From an uncultured Thermococci archaeon (GTDB lineage: Archaea; CAYQAE01; CAYVLA01): DNA of 52,546 nt. Below are positions 17,301 to 27,546 of this stretch, piece after piece. The notes under the pieces are model-generated. The model was given only the letters and a program-made list of their open reading frames with translations. It had not been told where the DNA came from and made no database searches. The stretch lies in the NCBI GenBank assembly GCA_964549615.1, contig CAZJVP010000002.1, forward strand, positions 1-52,546. Direction: 5' to 3'. Position 1 is the stretch's first letter. Each line of letters starts with the position of its first letter. Position numbers and translations under genes: made by a program.

Positions 17301-18545
17301 CTACGTTCGATCCATGAGCAGCTTTGTAGCTTTAACCTCGCGGTAGAACCTACGACGAACCATCAGCGACCAGAGGAGGAAGCCGCAGAAAAGCGTCGTC
17401 CCCGTCACTGCGAGCCACTCCACGACGTATACCCACAGCAGCGTTGCGTTCTTTAGCTTCATGGCGTCTTGTTCCATCTCGTCAAGCATCGCCTCCACCT
17501 CCCGGTACGCATCGAGCATCTCCTCAAAACGCAGCTGCAGGTACTCGGGCATGGCAGCAGCTATGGCTGCGTCGATCTCTCCCGCGCGCCGCAGGATGCT
17601 TCTCGTATTGGCCCCGAAGGACTCGCAGAAATCTAGAAGGCTGACCAATAGGGATCTCCTCGTTGCGACCTGGAAGATCTTGGTCCTTGCTGCGTGAGCG
17701 AGTGTCACGTCCTGGGGAACGGGCCGCCCATTCAGGTAGATCATCAGGTTGCTTCCGAAGTCGATCGCATACTCCCAGGGCGAGCCGTACCAGGAGAGCG
17801 CGTGGATCTCGCTAGTCAGCGCAAAAACCCTAGCCTCATTGGGGAGTTTCCAGGTGATCATCAGGGGGTCCTCGGATCCGCTGGCGGACACGACGCGCGC
17901 CAGCATCTCGGCTCCGGGCCTCACCTTCACCAAGTTGTGGTGCCACCTGATCTGGCCAAGGTTGGGGTCTTTGAAGTTCCACGGAATGCTCCGGATGAGT
18001 TCGTGGTCAGGCTTGTCGAAGATGACCGGCCAGCCAGACTCGACCCAGACCCCAACCACGTCCTCGGTCGGGAGCAGCCTGCCAACCGCGCTATCGCCCC
18101 AGGGCGGCGCGGCCATGCTAGTACCGCCGAACGTCTCCCAGCCGCCGGACATCAGCAAACCCATGCCACCTTCCTCCACGCCCTGGGCCAGCTTGTCTAT
18201 GTGCGTGCCCACCGCGAAGCGGTTGGCATTGGCAAGGACTATCACGTCGAAGTTGCTGACCAAGTCCCGGTAGGTCCGGGGCATGTAGAGCCTGACCCTC
18301 CTGTGCACCTCCGACTCCGCCATTCCAGCCCAGTCGCGCAGCGTGGCGATCACGAAGCCCATCGAGAAGAGCGGATCCGACCTCATGAAGTTGAAAGGAG
18401 GAGATCGAGCAATGCAGCCTATGTAAAGGACCCCGATCCTTCCGTCTTGGAGTCCAAGAGCTCCCTGACAAAGACATCCCGCAATAACCACGGCTGAAAC
18501 TACTGCCCACTCCCAGGAACCGGCTCCCCGCAACTCCCTGCTCAC
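17301..18545 (-). CDS. Secreted GATase-like protein with C-terminal TM anchor (paralogue 2)
   Basis: GRIGVLYIG, RLYMPRT, FDVIVL, GLLMSGGWETFGG, LLP, FGANT; tail WVYVVEW..LWSLMVRRRFYREV. Confidence 0.7.
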   Translation of the reverse strand: MSRELRGAGSWEWAVVSAVVIAGCLCQGALGLQDGRIGVLYIGCIARSPPFNFMRSDPLFSMGFVIATLRDWAGMAESEVHRRVRLYMPRTYRDLVSNFDVIVLANANRFAVGTHIDKLAQGVEEGGMGLLMSGGWETFGGTSMAAPPWGDSAVGRLLPTEDVVGVWVESGWPVIFDKPDHELIRSIPWNFKDPNLGQIRWHHNLVKVRPGAEMLARVVSASGSEDPLMITWKLPNEARVFALTSEIHALSWYGSPWEYAIDFGSNLMIYLNGRPVPQDVTLAHAARTKIFQVATRRSLLVSLLDFCESFGANTRSILRRAGEIDAAIAAAMPEYLQLRFEEMLDAYREVEAMLDEMEQDAMKLKNATLLWVYVVEWLAVTGTTLFCGFLLWSLMVRRRFYREVKATKLLMDRT

Positions 18546-18968
18546 ATCCTCAGCCGGTGGCCTTCTCCGTGAAAGCGCCTTGCCTTCTAAAGGCTTTTGG
18601 CCCGCAATCCCCGCGAACCCCCAGGACCCCAGCCAGTTTCAGCGCCTCGGCTGCCGTTAGGAGTCAGAACATTTCCATTTGCATCGGCTTGGGTGCGGAA
18701 AAACACGCCATCAGGGGTGGCGCTAAGCTCCCTCTTGGTTCTCTGCGGCTGAGGCCCAGAAGGGACGAACGCTCGTCTGTCAGGCACTTGCTTTGGCTTC
18801 ATGCCTCGTCTTTTCCCCCGCGCGGCATCCAAAAGAAGAGCATGCCCCCCTCAATGGCGGGCTGGCGCTCAGATTGGGTTCAAGAACTCCTGTGTCGTCC
18901 TCAGGCATTGGCCATGAGCCGGGCAGCAGGGAGTCCCTGAAAGCTTTTAGGCAACGCCAACGAACCTG

Positions 18969-21083
18969 ATGGCCGCAGGAGGGGCTTCTACGGAGACTGC
19001 GGAAAAGCCGGATGCCGCGGCTTGGCCGATGGGCGAGCCAGGATCGTATGGGATCTATGTATACGACAATGAGGGCAAGATCCCCTCCTCCGTCGTAGTG
19101 CAGCTGGGGGTCGAGCTTGGAGAAGTTGAGAGGAAAGCAGGACAAGGATATCAGTGGCTCCGGCTCGACGCTTACAAGATGAATGGCGAGCACTTTCGTG
19201 TCTGGCTGCTCGCCGCCCAGTACCCGCCTGAAAGGCTGAAGTATGCGTCCGGGACGGTTCTGCGGTACGTTTTCCAGGAAGGCAACCTGCGCCCGCTGGA
19301 ATATGTCGACAGGTTCACGGGAAAGGCCGTGCTGCCGAGTCTAGGCTTCTGGAGATACCAGTTCCCTAGGCCCCGAGAGGGGCAGGACATGTTTCCCTTT
19401 CCTTTGAGCGTCAAGTACCTGGGTCTGCCCATGAGGTTGGACTGCTCCGGCGTCGGGGACGTCTTCCCTTTGCCGAATCCGGCGAGGCTGGAGCTTCTTC
19501 CAGATCTGCAGATAGGGGCCAAGGGATACAGCGTCCGAGACAAGCGCGAGTTCCGTCGATATGACAGGCTGACTCCTGACGATCTTCACGGCCGGTACGA
19601 GATGGTTCCCTACGAGAGAAGCGATTACCCGGAAAGAATCGCAGCTGGCGAGACGACCTTCCACGTTCGGCCTTCGGACGAAGACCTGGTTGCCCGCCAA
19701 CCCGTGTTCTACTCGGGGATCGATGCCAAGGCAATGAAGTATCCGGAAAGCCTGTACCGGAGCAACTTCCTGGGCGGCGTGGAGCATCTAGACGAGCCAA
19801 CGGGGACGGCAGCCGGCCGACTCAGGAAGATGCCGCCGCAACAGATAACCCCCGAGATCGCTTTCGAAGAGGTGAAGAAAGCGTTCCGCGAAGCGAACTA
19901 TGAGAAAGGCTCGACGACCTGGCTCCTGAAGGGGCTCAAAGAGCGGGAAGATGTGGACGTAGGGGATATGTCCGGACTTCAGTCGAACATCTACACCTGG
20001 GACGGGGGAACCTTCACCGCGGCCTACCAGCTGAAAGACGATCCTGACGGTCCTCCCTGCGCGATAATCAACGAGTGGTATCTCAGCTTGGCGCGTGGTC
20101 CTGCATGGCTGGATCGAATCGCCGAGATCCAGATACCAACGAATGACGAGAAGGCGATGTGGGACTTCGAGTTTGCCCACCTCAGGGGAGCGGCAAGGGT
20201 GAGCGGGAAGAAATGGGGAGTCGCGATATATGGAGCGGACCTGGGGCTGATTCGGGAGGCTTTGAGAAAGGCATACGACGCCGGTGCTTCTTATTTCGTC
20301 TTCTGGACCACCGGGGGCCCGATGCACGTCCCATATCTGGAGAGGCTGGATTACGCGAGATTCCTGCGGCTGTACGCGGAACAACATCCGGACCGAGACA
20401 TGGAGGCTCTCAAGCGTTCGGCCGAGGTGATGATCCTCTATCCTCCAGGATATGCCTGGCAAGGGGATCCGATGTGGTGGGGGATACCTGCAACCAACCT
20501 TGAGCGCAAGAACCGCTTCGGACTGAAGTATCGGGAGATCCTGCACAGGGTCGGAATGGAGATCGAGAGATGCCATCGCCTTGGGATCTCTTACGATCTG
20601 GCCTGGGATATGGAGGGCCTGGATCTCTCTGGCTACCGCGAAGTCGTGAGGGTGAAGGAGGACGGAACGATCCATGTGACCGAGGACGGCGGGGCTGAGC
20701 AGGTCCTGCACGAGCCTAGACCCGTCCATCGCCCCAGCGGGGTTCCCCCAAGGCTGGACGTCGTGCTTTCCAAGCCTGAAGGGCGTGCCCCGACCGTCGT
20801 GACGGCAAGGGCCACCGTGAGTGGGGGCTCAGCTCCGATCTACTACGCGCCTTTTCAGGACGAGGCGGGAGTCTGGAGAAATCAGAAGGTCGCCTGGGAA
20901 CTCTACGGGCCGGAGGAGTGGGATTACACAGGCGGGATCTGCGGGTTGAGGCCTTTTGGAGAAGAACTCCTGAACGTGAGGTTCAGGCTCGAGAAACCGG
21001 GGAGGTACCGCCTGAGAGCAACCGCAATAGACCTAGCCGGCCGTACCACAGTGGTCTGGAAAGAGATCCTCGTTCGCCCTTGA
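18969..21083 (+). CDS. Large hypothetical protein, possibly carbohydrate-active, with C-terminal PKD/Ig-like domain
   Basis: 704 aa; C-terminal KPGRYRLRATAIDLAGRT; HLDEP and AYDAGASYFVFW suggest a GH-like barrel; TTTTAGG box upstream. Confidence 0.55.
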   Translation: MAAGGASTETAEKPDAAAWPMGEPGSYGIYVYDNEGKIPSSVVVQLGVELGEVERKAGQGYQWLRLDAYKMNGEHFRVWLLAAQYPPERLKYASGTVLRYVFQEGNLRPLEYVDRFTGKAVLPSLGFWRYQFPRPREGQDMFPFPLSVKYLGLPMRLDCSGVGDVFPLPNPARLELLPDLQIGAKGYSVRDKREFRRYDRLTPDDLHGRYEMVPYERSDYPERIAAGETTFHVRPSDEDLVARQPVFYSGIDAKAMKYPESLYRSNFLGGVEHLDEPTGTAAGRLRKMPPQQITPEIAFEEVKKAFREANYEKGSTTWLLKGLKEREDVDVGDMSGLQSNIYTWDGGTFTAAYQLKDDPDGPPCAIINEWYLSLARGPAWLDRIAEIQIPTNDEKAMWDFEFAHLRGAARVSGKKWGVAIYGADLGLIREALRKAYDAGASYFVFWTTGGPMHVPYLERLDYARFLRLYAEQHPDRDMEALKRSAEVMILYPPGYAWQGDPMWWGIPATNLERKNRFGLKYREILHRVGMEIERCHRLGISYDLAWDMEGLDLSGYREVVRVKEDGTIHVTEDGGAEQVLHEPRPVHRPSGVPPRLDVVLSKPEGRAPTVVTARATVSGGSAPIYYAPFQDEAGVWRNQKVAWELYGPEEWDYTGGICGLRPFGEELLNVRFRLEKPGRYRLRATAIDLAGRTTVVWKEILVRP

Positions 21084-21209
21084 CCTGGTAGCCATAGGGG
21101 ACGGGTCCGGACACGATCTTGGAGGCATGTGCTACCCGACCCCGTACTATCGAACCAGCAGCCCTGTGCGGGTGGCCGAAAGGAACGCCTCCGGATGTGC
21201 CTCCAGCGT

Positions 21210-22011
21210 CTAGGAACGATCCTTCCCGCTAAGAAGACGGTGGCCAAGGTGTGCCAAGCATCCACGTTGCCTTTCGGCCGAACGTTGAGCCTCGGCCAAG
21301 GATCGATGGGGAAGCATTCCTTCCAGGCTTCCTTCGGCCTTCCGAAGATCCATGGCTACTCCAGAGGGATCCTGTACTTGTAGTAGTCCGCCCACATCCA
21401 GCGCTCCGCGTCCCGCTCGGCGTAGCGGGTCAGGAACACCACGACCTCGCACGTCAGGAAACGTTTCCCGGACAAGACGCTCATCCCCAGGAGACCTACG
21501 CCCCCGGATCCCGGCAGGGATCGCCCCTGAACCAGACGGCCTGAATGTCGAGTAAACCTGGCCCCTCGAGGGCCGGCTCCAGATCTCCGCGACCTCTCTA
21601 ACCGTGGGCTCCAATTCCCTCGGGTCCCCCGCGTTCACGCCGCTGCACCAAATGTTGACGTAGACGTAGTAGCGCTCCCCGCGGTGCTCCAGCAATGCGT
21701 CCGGCCTCCTCTTCGAGGCTCGGCCCCGGCCGTACACCAAGAACGGCCAGAGCTTGCACGCCGCGGGCTTCATCCCCAGCGGCTGAAGGCCGCATCCCCC
21801 CGAAACGTCTTGGAAGATGCAGCGGCCGGCGATCCTTCGCAGGGACGGTCGGCCGACCGTGGACAGGTCGATGCACCATGAGCCGAACCTCTCGAGCAGG
21901 CGCGCGTATTCGATGGTCCTCAGCTGCGCCCTGTACCTGCCGCAGCACAGCCCACAGCCCAGACAGCGCCAGGAGCTTATCCTGCGCCAGGGAACGTACC
22001 GCTCCGTGCAA
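21210..22011 (-). CDS. YkgJ-family cysteine-cluster (CxxCxxCC) protein, ends possibly damaged
   Basis: WRCLGCGLCC..RCIF..GC..KPAACKLWPF..C. The nearest TTG (22011) is one base out of frame, and the C-terminus reads into low-quality sequence after about 21540. Confidence 0.65.
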
Positions 22012-22171
22012 CCAGGACACCGCGCAGGCAAATAAGTGTTGTTTGAGGATGAGACATCCCTGGAAGTTGGAGGAGATCCCGCAAAGCCCAGAGGCGTCCG
22101 GAGATTGCGTGGAGGAGCGGCGAGGGCCGTTTGCTCCGAACGGTGGCAGTGGGGAATTCGAAGAACCGCGT

Positions 22172-22216
22172 GTGTATATATCAAGCATTACATTTTAATC
22201 CGGGTAATATATACAC
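22172..22216 (+). promoter_or_regulatory. vapBC promoter with 10-bp inverted-repeat operator
   Basis: GTGTATATAT (22172-22181) and ATATATACAC (22207-22216) flank TTTTAAT (22193-22199), about 26 nt before ATG 22225. Confidence 0.65.
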
Positions 22217-22224
22217 GTACTTGC

Positions 22225-22485
22225 ATGGCCATCATAACGGTCAGGGTGGATGAGAAGCTCAAGAGGAGAATGGACCTGCTTGCTGATATTAACTGGTCAG
22301 AGTTCATAAGGCGGGCCATCGAGCGGAGGCTCGATATGGAGGACTCCATCCAAAGAAGCCTTAGCATCGATCTGAGCCGCCTCGACGTTGCCATGGCAGT
22401 GCAGGACCGCATAAGGGAGAGGACATCCGGAGCATGGTCCGGAGCCGAGGAGATACGGAGATGGAGGGACTCGAGAAGATCGTAG
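22225..22485 (+). CDS. vapB: VapB-like RHH antitoxin
   Basis: MAIITVRVDEKLKRRM..INWSEFIRRAIE; overlaps the PIN gene. Confidence 0.85.
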   Translation: MAIITVRVDEKLKRRMDLLADINWSEFIRRAIERRLDMEDSIQRSLSIDLSRLDVAMAVQDRIRERTSGAWSGAEEIRRWRDSRRS

Positions 22486-22889
22486 TCGATGCCTCGGTGG
22501 TCGTAAAATGGTTCAACCGGGAGGAATTCACCGAGGAGGCCCTCCTGCTGAGACAGCGAATCCGCCAGGGAACGGCCACGCCGTTTGTGCCGGAGATAAT
22601 GATATTCGAGGTCGCCAACTCGCTCCGATACAATCCCGATTTCGGCACATTGGACGTTGAGGAGGCCGTGCAGAGCCTCCGTGACATGCAGTTCCCAACG
22701 ATGCCCCTGAACGACGAGATGTGGCGGAGGGCGGTCGAGATTGCGTTCGAGAGGGGAATCACGATATACGATTCGGCCTACGTTGCGATGGCGGAGTGCA
22801 TGGACGCCAAGCTCTACACGGGCGACGCCAAGCTCGCCGAGAAGACCAAGGACATGGAGCGCGTCGTCCACATAGCGCACTACAGGTGA
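22461..22889 (+). CDS. vapC: VapC-like PIN toxin
   Basis: VVDASVVVKW..FEVAN..TIYDSAYVAMA..LYTGD. Confidence 0.9.
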   Translation: MEGLEKIVVDASVVVKWFNREEFTEEALLLRQRIRQGTATPFVPEIMIFEVANSLRYNPDFGTLDVEEAVQSLRDMQFPTMPLNDEMWRRAVEIAFERGITIYDSAYVAMAECMDAKLYTGDAKLAEKTKDMERVVHIAHYR

Positions 22890-22925
22890 GTGCAAGCCGT
22901 CTTGAAGGGAGGCCAGTAGCGCGTC

Positions 22926-24161
22926 TCAGGGCTTCCCGCGCGGCATATTCGTTCGCACGAACATCATGTCCTGGGCGGGGATTGATTCGCACTCGAGCGC
23001 GATCACCGATATCGGGTCGTCCGGTGGCTCCGCCGGCAGGCCAATGAGCCGAAGGCCGAAGTCGTTCTGCACGAACTCAACCCGGCTTTTCCTCGGCAGC
23101 AGCTTGGCCGAGACAACCTTGGTGCGCAGCCCACCTATCCCGCACTCCGGCCCCGGCCAGGAGTGGAGGTGCACGTACAGAGTCTTCCCCTTGCGCGTGA
23201 AGTTGGCAAAGCTGGACCTCTTCACTCCGCACGGCTCGGCACCGTAGATGGTGTGCCCGTACCTCTTCATCCACCTGCCGACCGCGCTGAGGATCCGAAC
23301 CGACTCTTGGGGCACCGATCCGTCGGCCTTGGGCCCAATGTTGAGGAGATAGTTGCCGCCGTCGCGGGCACAGGTGATGAGATACCCGAGGATCTGCTTG
23401 GGGGACTTCCAGTTGTCGTCCGCCTTGTGGTACCCCCAGCTCGCGTTCATTGTCATGCATGCCTCCCAGGCCCTCCCCTCGGGCTCGCCCCTGACGTGCT
23501 GCTCGGGGGTGCTGAAGTCCTCAGGGAGCCCCGAACGGTTGTTGATTATGATGTCGGGTTGGAGCTCTCTGACCATGCTGTTCATCTTGGCGGATTCCCA
23601 GCCCTCGGGCGTCAGGGGCCAGGGGACGTCGTACCACAGGATATCGACCTTGCCGTAGTTGGTCATCAGCTCCCGGACCTGGCCGTGGATGTACTTGACG
23701 AACCTCTTTCGTGCATCCTCGTCCTCCGCACACCTTGCCCCGTCCGGGTGGTGCCAGTCCATCAAGGAGTAGTAGAACCCGAAGCGAAGGCCCTCGGACC
23801 TGGCCGCGTCGACGAACTCTGCGACGAGATCCCGGCCGCAGGCCTTCGGTGCACAGTAATCCGTGTGCTCGGTGTCAAAAAGGCAGAAGCCCTCGTGGTG
23901 CTTCGTGGTCATCACCATGTACCTCATCCCAGCCCGCTTGGCCAGGCGCGCCCAATCTCGGGCAGGATGGGGCTTGGGCTTGAACCGCTTCGTGAGCTTC
24001 TCGTACTCCGCAACGGGAATTGCCTCGTTCTCCATGGCCCACTCATGCCTGCCGATTATGCTGTACAGCCCCCAGTGGATGAACATGCCGAACTTGGCCT
24101 CGTGCCACCACTTCATCCGCCTGATCCGATCCTCTTCGGAGGTAGAAACATTGCTGCCCAT
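22926..24161 (-). CDS. Alpha-L-fucosidase (GH29)
   Basis: WWHEAKFGMFIHWGLYS, TTKHHEGFCLF, YYSLMDW, LWYD, WEAC, GNYLLNIGP. Confidence 0.93.
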   Translation of the reverse strand: MGSNVSTSEEDRIRRMKWWHEAKFGMFIHWGLYSIIGRHEWAMENEAIPVAEYEKLTKRFKPKPHPARDWARLAKRAGMRYMVMTTKHHEGFCLFDTEHTDYCAPKACGRDLVAEFVDAARSEGLRFGFYYSLMDWHHPDGARCAEDEDARKRFVKYIHGQVRELMTNYGKVDILWYDVPWPLTPEGWESAKMNSMVRELQPDIIINNRSGLPEDFSTPEQHVRGEPEGRAWEACMTMNASWGYHKADDNWKSPKQILGYLITCARDGGNYLLNIGPKADGSVPQESVRILSAVGRWMKRYGHTIYGAEPCGVKRSSFANFTRKGKTLYVHLHSWPGPECGIGGLRTKVVSAKLLPRKSRVEFVQNDFGLRLIGLPAEPPDDPISVIALECESIPAQDMMFVRTNMPRGKP

Positions 24162-24196
24162 GTTACATCTCCTCCGGGCGGTCGTGGGCACTTCTA

Positions 24197-25015
24197 TTAT
24201 TTGTGTTCCCCTCGCCCCCGTTGGCTCGACGCGGCCGCCTCGCGCCAAAGCCTGCGGATGTTGGCCGTCGATCGAACGATGGACTCCAGGACCGGCGGAC
24301 CTCCGGTCTCGGAGGAAAGCCAGCCGTCGTAGCCGTGCCCCTTAAAAATCGCGAAGATGGCGGGAAGATCCACGATTCCCTCGCCGGAGGGCACATGCTC
24401 CATGCCCGAGGACAAGTCGCTGACGTGCACATGGACCACCCGGTCCGCGACCGCCCTTGTCAGCCTGACGGGGTCATCACCGACGGGCAAGGGATTGGAC
24501 GTATCCAGGTTCACCTTAAGCCGCGGGTCGCCCACAAGCTTAAGGATGTCAAGGAACTCCTCGATGCGACTCCCGAAAGGCGGATGATCCTCGAGGGCCA
24601 GCTGCACGCCGCGCCTCTCAGCGTAGTCCAAGCATGACCGTAGGCCCTCCGCGGCGCGACGGGCTCCCTCCTCCGCGCTCAAGGGGCCAAGGGGACCACC
24701 AGCGGTAAGGAGCACCGCTTGTGCGCCGCAGACCACCGCCCAGTCCACATCCCGCTTCACCGACGCGATCTCCCTCTTGATATTGCCGGATACGAAGTTG
24801 GCATAGTTTGTGAACATCGAGACCTCCAGCCCGGCACGTTCAATCAATCTCACAAGCTCTCTCAACCTCGCCTCAGTCGGTGGACGAACGAACGGCTTGT
24901 AGACCTCGACGCCGTCCAGGCCGACCTTGGCCGCCATTTGGACCCGGCTTTCCACCGGACGCTTTTCCTCGCTGAGCTCGCCGAGGAAACAGATTGGAAT
25001 GCATCCCACCTTCAT
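24197..25015 (-). CDS. Sugar phosphate isomerase/epimerase (xylose-isomerase-like TIM barrel)
   Basis: GLDGVE, LALEDH, NLDTSN, HVHVSD, GEGIVD, GYDGWLSSE. Confidence 0.88.
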   Translation of the reverse strand: MKVGCIPICFLGELSEEKRPVESRVQMAAKVGLDGVEVYKPFVRPPTEARLRELVRLIERAGLEVSMFTNYANFVSGNIKREIASVKRDVDWAVVCGAQAVLLTAGGPLGPLSAEEGARRAAEGLRSCLDYAERRGVQLALEDHPPFGSRIEEFLDILKLVGDPRLKVNLDTSNPLPVGDDPVRLTRAVADRVVHVHVSDLSSGMEHVPSGEGIVDLPAIFAIFKGHGYDGWLSSETGGPPVLESIVRSTANIRRLWREAAASSQRGRGEHK

Positions 25016-25262
25016 GGTGATGCCTGCCCCATTTGCCGCCGCCCGCTTATGACTGCGTGCGTCTGGGGAATCCTCCCGGCCGCACCGAGGCCACTCGGAG
25101 GCCCACCTCCTAGCGCGAATCCGGAGCCGTCACCCAAACCCGCCCTTCTTTGAGCAGATTCCATCCGTGCCAGCATCGGCTCAGGAAGACGCTTCTCAAG
25201 CCCGGGGCACGACCCGAGCGCCGTTTGCCTGCCTCACGGCCAACCTCCAGGGCGTAGCCGCG

Positions 25263-25754
25263 TCAGGCAAGGAATTTGCGGTAGTTTTCAACGCAGTACC
25301 TCGATCCCTTTCTGGCAACCGTGAATCCCTCTGCTTCGAGCAGGCGCTTGTGTGCCTCCGCGCCGCCCGGGTACTTGTCGTTCAGAATCCCGCCCACCTT
25401 GAGCGTGCGCCAGTACGGGGTGATGTCTTTTCTGCCCTCTGCCCGGGCTTCCTCAGCCGCGTTCGCCGCGATCATGACGAATATCCCGGTGGTCAGCGTA
25501 CAACAGAACCTCGTTCCGTGTTTCTGTGACAGCCTTTCGCATATCCCATCGAGTGTGATCAGCCTGCCCTTGGGAACGGATCGCATGACCGCGTCCACCT
25601 CCGAGGGAGGGGCGAGAACGACCAAGTCGCCGGGCTTGGCACCCCTCTTCTGGAGCGCCCTTCCGCAGGGGAAGCTGGGGTCAAATTCCAACACCTTTGG
25701 CATCTTCCCGCTGTCCCGGAGCTTTTCCCGCCAACTCTTCTTCCTGTATGCCAT
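25263..25754 (-). CDS. MGMT-family DNA-binding protein, alkyltransferase-like (no catalytic Cys)
   Basis: VPKGRLIT, PYWRTL in place of PCHRV, LLEAEGF. Confidence 0.8.
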   Translation of the reverse strand: MAYRKKSWREKLRDSGKMPKVLEFDPSFPCGRALQKRGAKPGDLVVLAPPSEVDAVMRSVPKGRLITLDGICERLSQKHGTRFCCTLTTGIFVMIAANAAEEARAEGRKDITPYWRTLKVGGILNDKYPGGAEAHKRLLEAEGFTVARKGSRYCVENYRKFLA

Positions 25755-26152
25755 GTTTCTACTCCCCCGTCACTCGACGTGCAGGTTTCCCGAGGCCACC
25801 TCGCCAACGAACAGGATCCTCACCCTCCCGGAACCGGGGCCGGTCCGCGCCTCAGCCTGCGCTAGGAGAGCCACGGCGACAAGGAAGCCGATCAGCGATG
25901 ACAACTTCCCTGCGGTAACGCCCCCGGGACGTTACATCGCGGGGCCGTGCCTCCAGATATCTCTTTCGCAAGTCCTGCCCAGGCATATCCTAGACGTGAA
26001 GGGCACCCTTTCCGAAGCGCATCGCCGGATCGCATCCGGAAGCTTCCGACACATCCCGCCCAGCAACCTTTTCCGGCGACGGGACTGTCCCGGGAGTGCT
26101 GCCAGGCCGCAGATCGTACGATTCTTATCATGGGGCGAAACACCAAGAAGCT

Positions 26153-27385
26153 GTGCGCAAGCCCATATTCCTCTGCGCCGTTGCGATCCTGGCCGCCATC
26201 ACGCCGCCCTGTTTGTGTAGAGAGGGGATGCGCGTCGACCCGGCAAGCGGGCGGATCCGCGTGCTCTTCATCGGCGACACATACATGGAGGCAGGCGAGG
26301 CGCAGCCCCTCATGATCCAAGACCCCCTGATCGCCGTCACCCCGGTGTTGGCAGAGTCCACCCTGAGCAGACCGGAAGACCTAAGGCGCGCGATCAGGCA
26401 GTACCTGCCCAGGACGCCCTCGAGCCTCTGGAGCGGGTACGATGTTGTGGTGATCACAGCCGTCCAGGCCGACACGCTGCCGGCTGACTTCCTTAGATGG
26501 GTCGTCCTCGGCGTCGAGCGGGAGGGACAGGGATTCCTGATGGCCGATGACCCAGCATCCTTCGGCGGCGTGGAGTTCGGGTCCTACCCCAATCCCAACT
26601 GGGGTGAGACGCCCATCGGATCGCTTCTGCCGGTGGAATGCCACACGGACCGCAAGTTCTGGGGCACCACCTACCAGTACAACCTCGTCCCCAAGATCCC
26701 GGACCACCCGCTGGTCGCAGGCATCAACTGGAGGGACGTGTGGTTCTTCTCCTACAACCGGGTCGACGCCAAGGTTGGCGCCACCACCGTCGGGGCCATG
26801 AGCCGATACCCGGAGGGCAGCCCCTGCCTCGTGTACTGGGACTTCGGCCGCGGAAGGTCGATGGCCTGGCTGTTCGACTGGGGAGGCAACGGCGCCGTCC
26901 AGTATTACAGGTGGCCCCATGCCGTCGCGGTCATGGCTAGGATGATCTACTACCCCGCGGGGGTGCCGATCCCGGACGATCTCGCAATCGCACAGGCCGT
27001 AAGGAGACGCTTCCAGAACTTCGAGGCCCTGAGGCGCTACACCGTATCGGTGGTGGAGTTCGCCGACAAGTTCGGGGCCAGAATCGACAGGGCCGAGAGG
27101 AGCCTCAGGGACGCCGCCGAGCTGAAATCCGAGGTTTTGCCGCTCTACGCATCGGGGATGTACGACGAAGCGATGGCTGCCATCGACGCTGCGCTGCTGC
27201 GACTGGGTGACGCTTCCGCCCAGGCGATCTCGGCCAAGAACGCGGCGCTCGTGTGGTGCTACGTCATCGAATGGTTCGTCGTGGCGGGAACCGGGATGCT
27301 ATGCGGGGCGGTCCTCTGGGGGCTTATGGTGAAAAGGAAGCTCTACGCCGAGGTGCCGACGGTTCGCCTCTCCAGGCGCATCTGA
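26153..27385 (+). CDS. Secreted GATase-like protein with C-terminal TM anchor (paralogue 3)
   Basis: Signal peptide; GRIRVLFIGD, RQYLPRT, YDVVVI, ASFGG, LLPV, FADKFGA; tail WCYVIEW..LWGLMVKRKLYAEV. ORF track start is 26096. Confidence 0.7.
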   Translation: MRKPIFLCAVAILAAITPPCLCREGMRVDPASGRIRVLFIGDTYMEAGEAQPLMIQDPLIAVTPVLAESTLSRPEDLRRAIRQYLPRTPSSLWSGYDVVVITAVQADTLPADFLRWVVLGVEREGQGFLMADDPASFGGVEFGSYPNPNWGETPIGSLLPVECHTDRKFWGTTYQYNLVPKIPDHPLVAGINWRDVWFFSYNRVDAKVGATTVGAMSRYPEGSPCLVYWDFGRGRSMAWLFDWGGNGAVQYYRWPHAVAVMARMIYYPAGVPIPDDLAIAQAVRRRFQNFEALRRYTVSVVEFADKFGARIDRAERSLRDAAELKSEVLPLYASGMYDEAMAAIDAALLRLGDASAQAISAKNAALVWCYVIEWFVVAGTGMLCGAVLWGLMVKRKLYAEVPTVRLSRRI

Positions 27386-27546
27386 TCCCCCCGTCCGACG
27401 GAACTGCTTCACGAATCTCCTTCTCCGTCCAGCCCGCCGCGCGATCGCATGCCGCGCCGATCAGTCGAGCGATTGACAAGGGAGAGGCTTTGCCCAGCGA
27501 GTGCCCGACTGGAAACCTTTATGCATGCGGCCAATCCGGCCGACCC

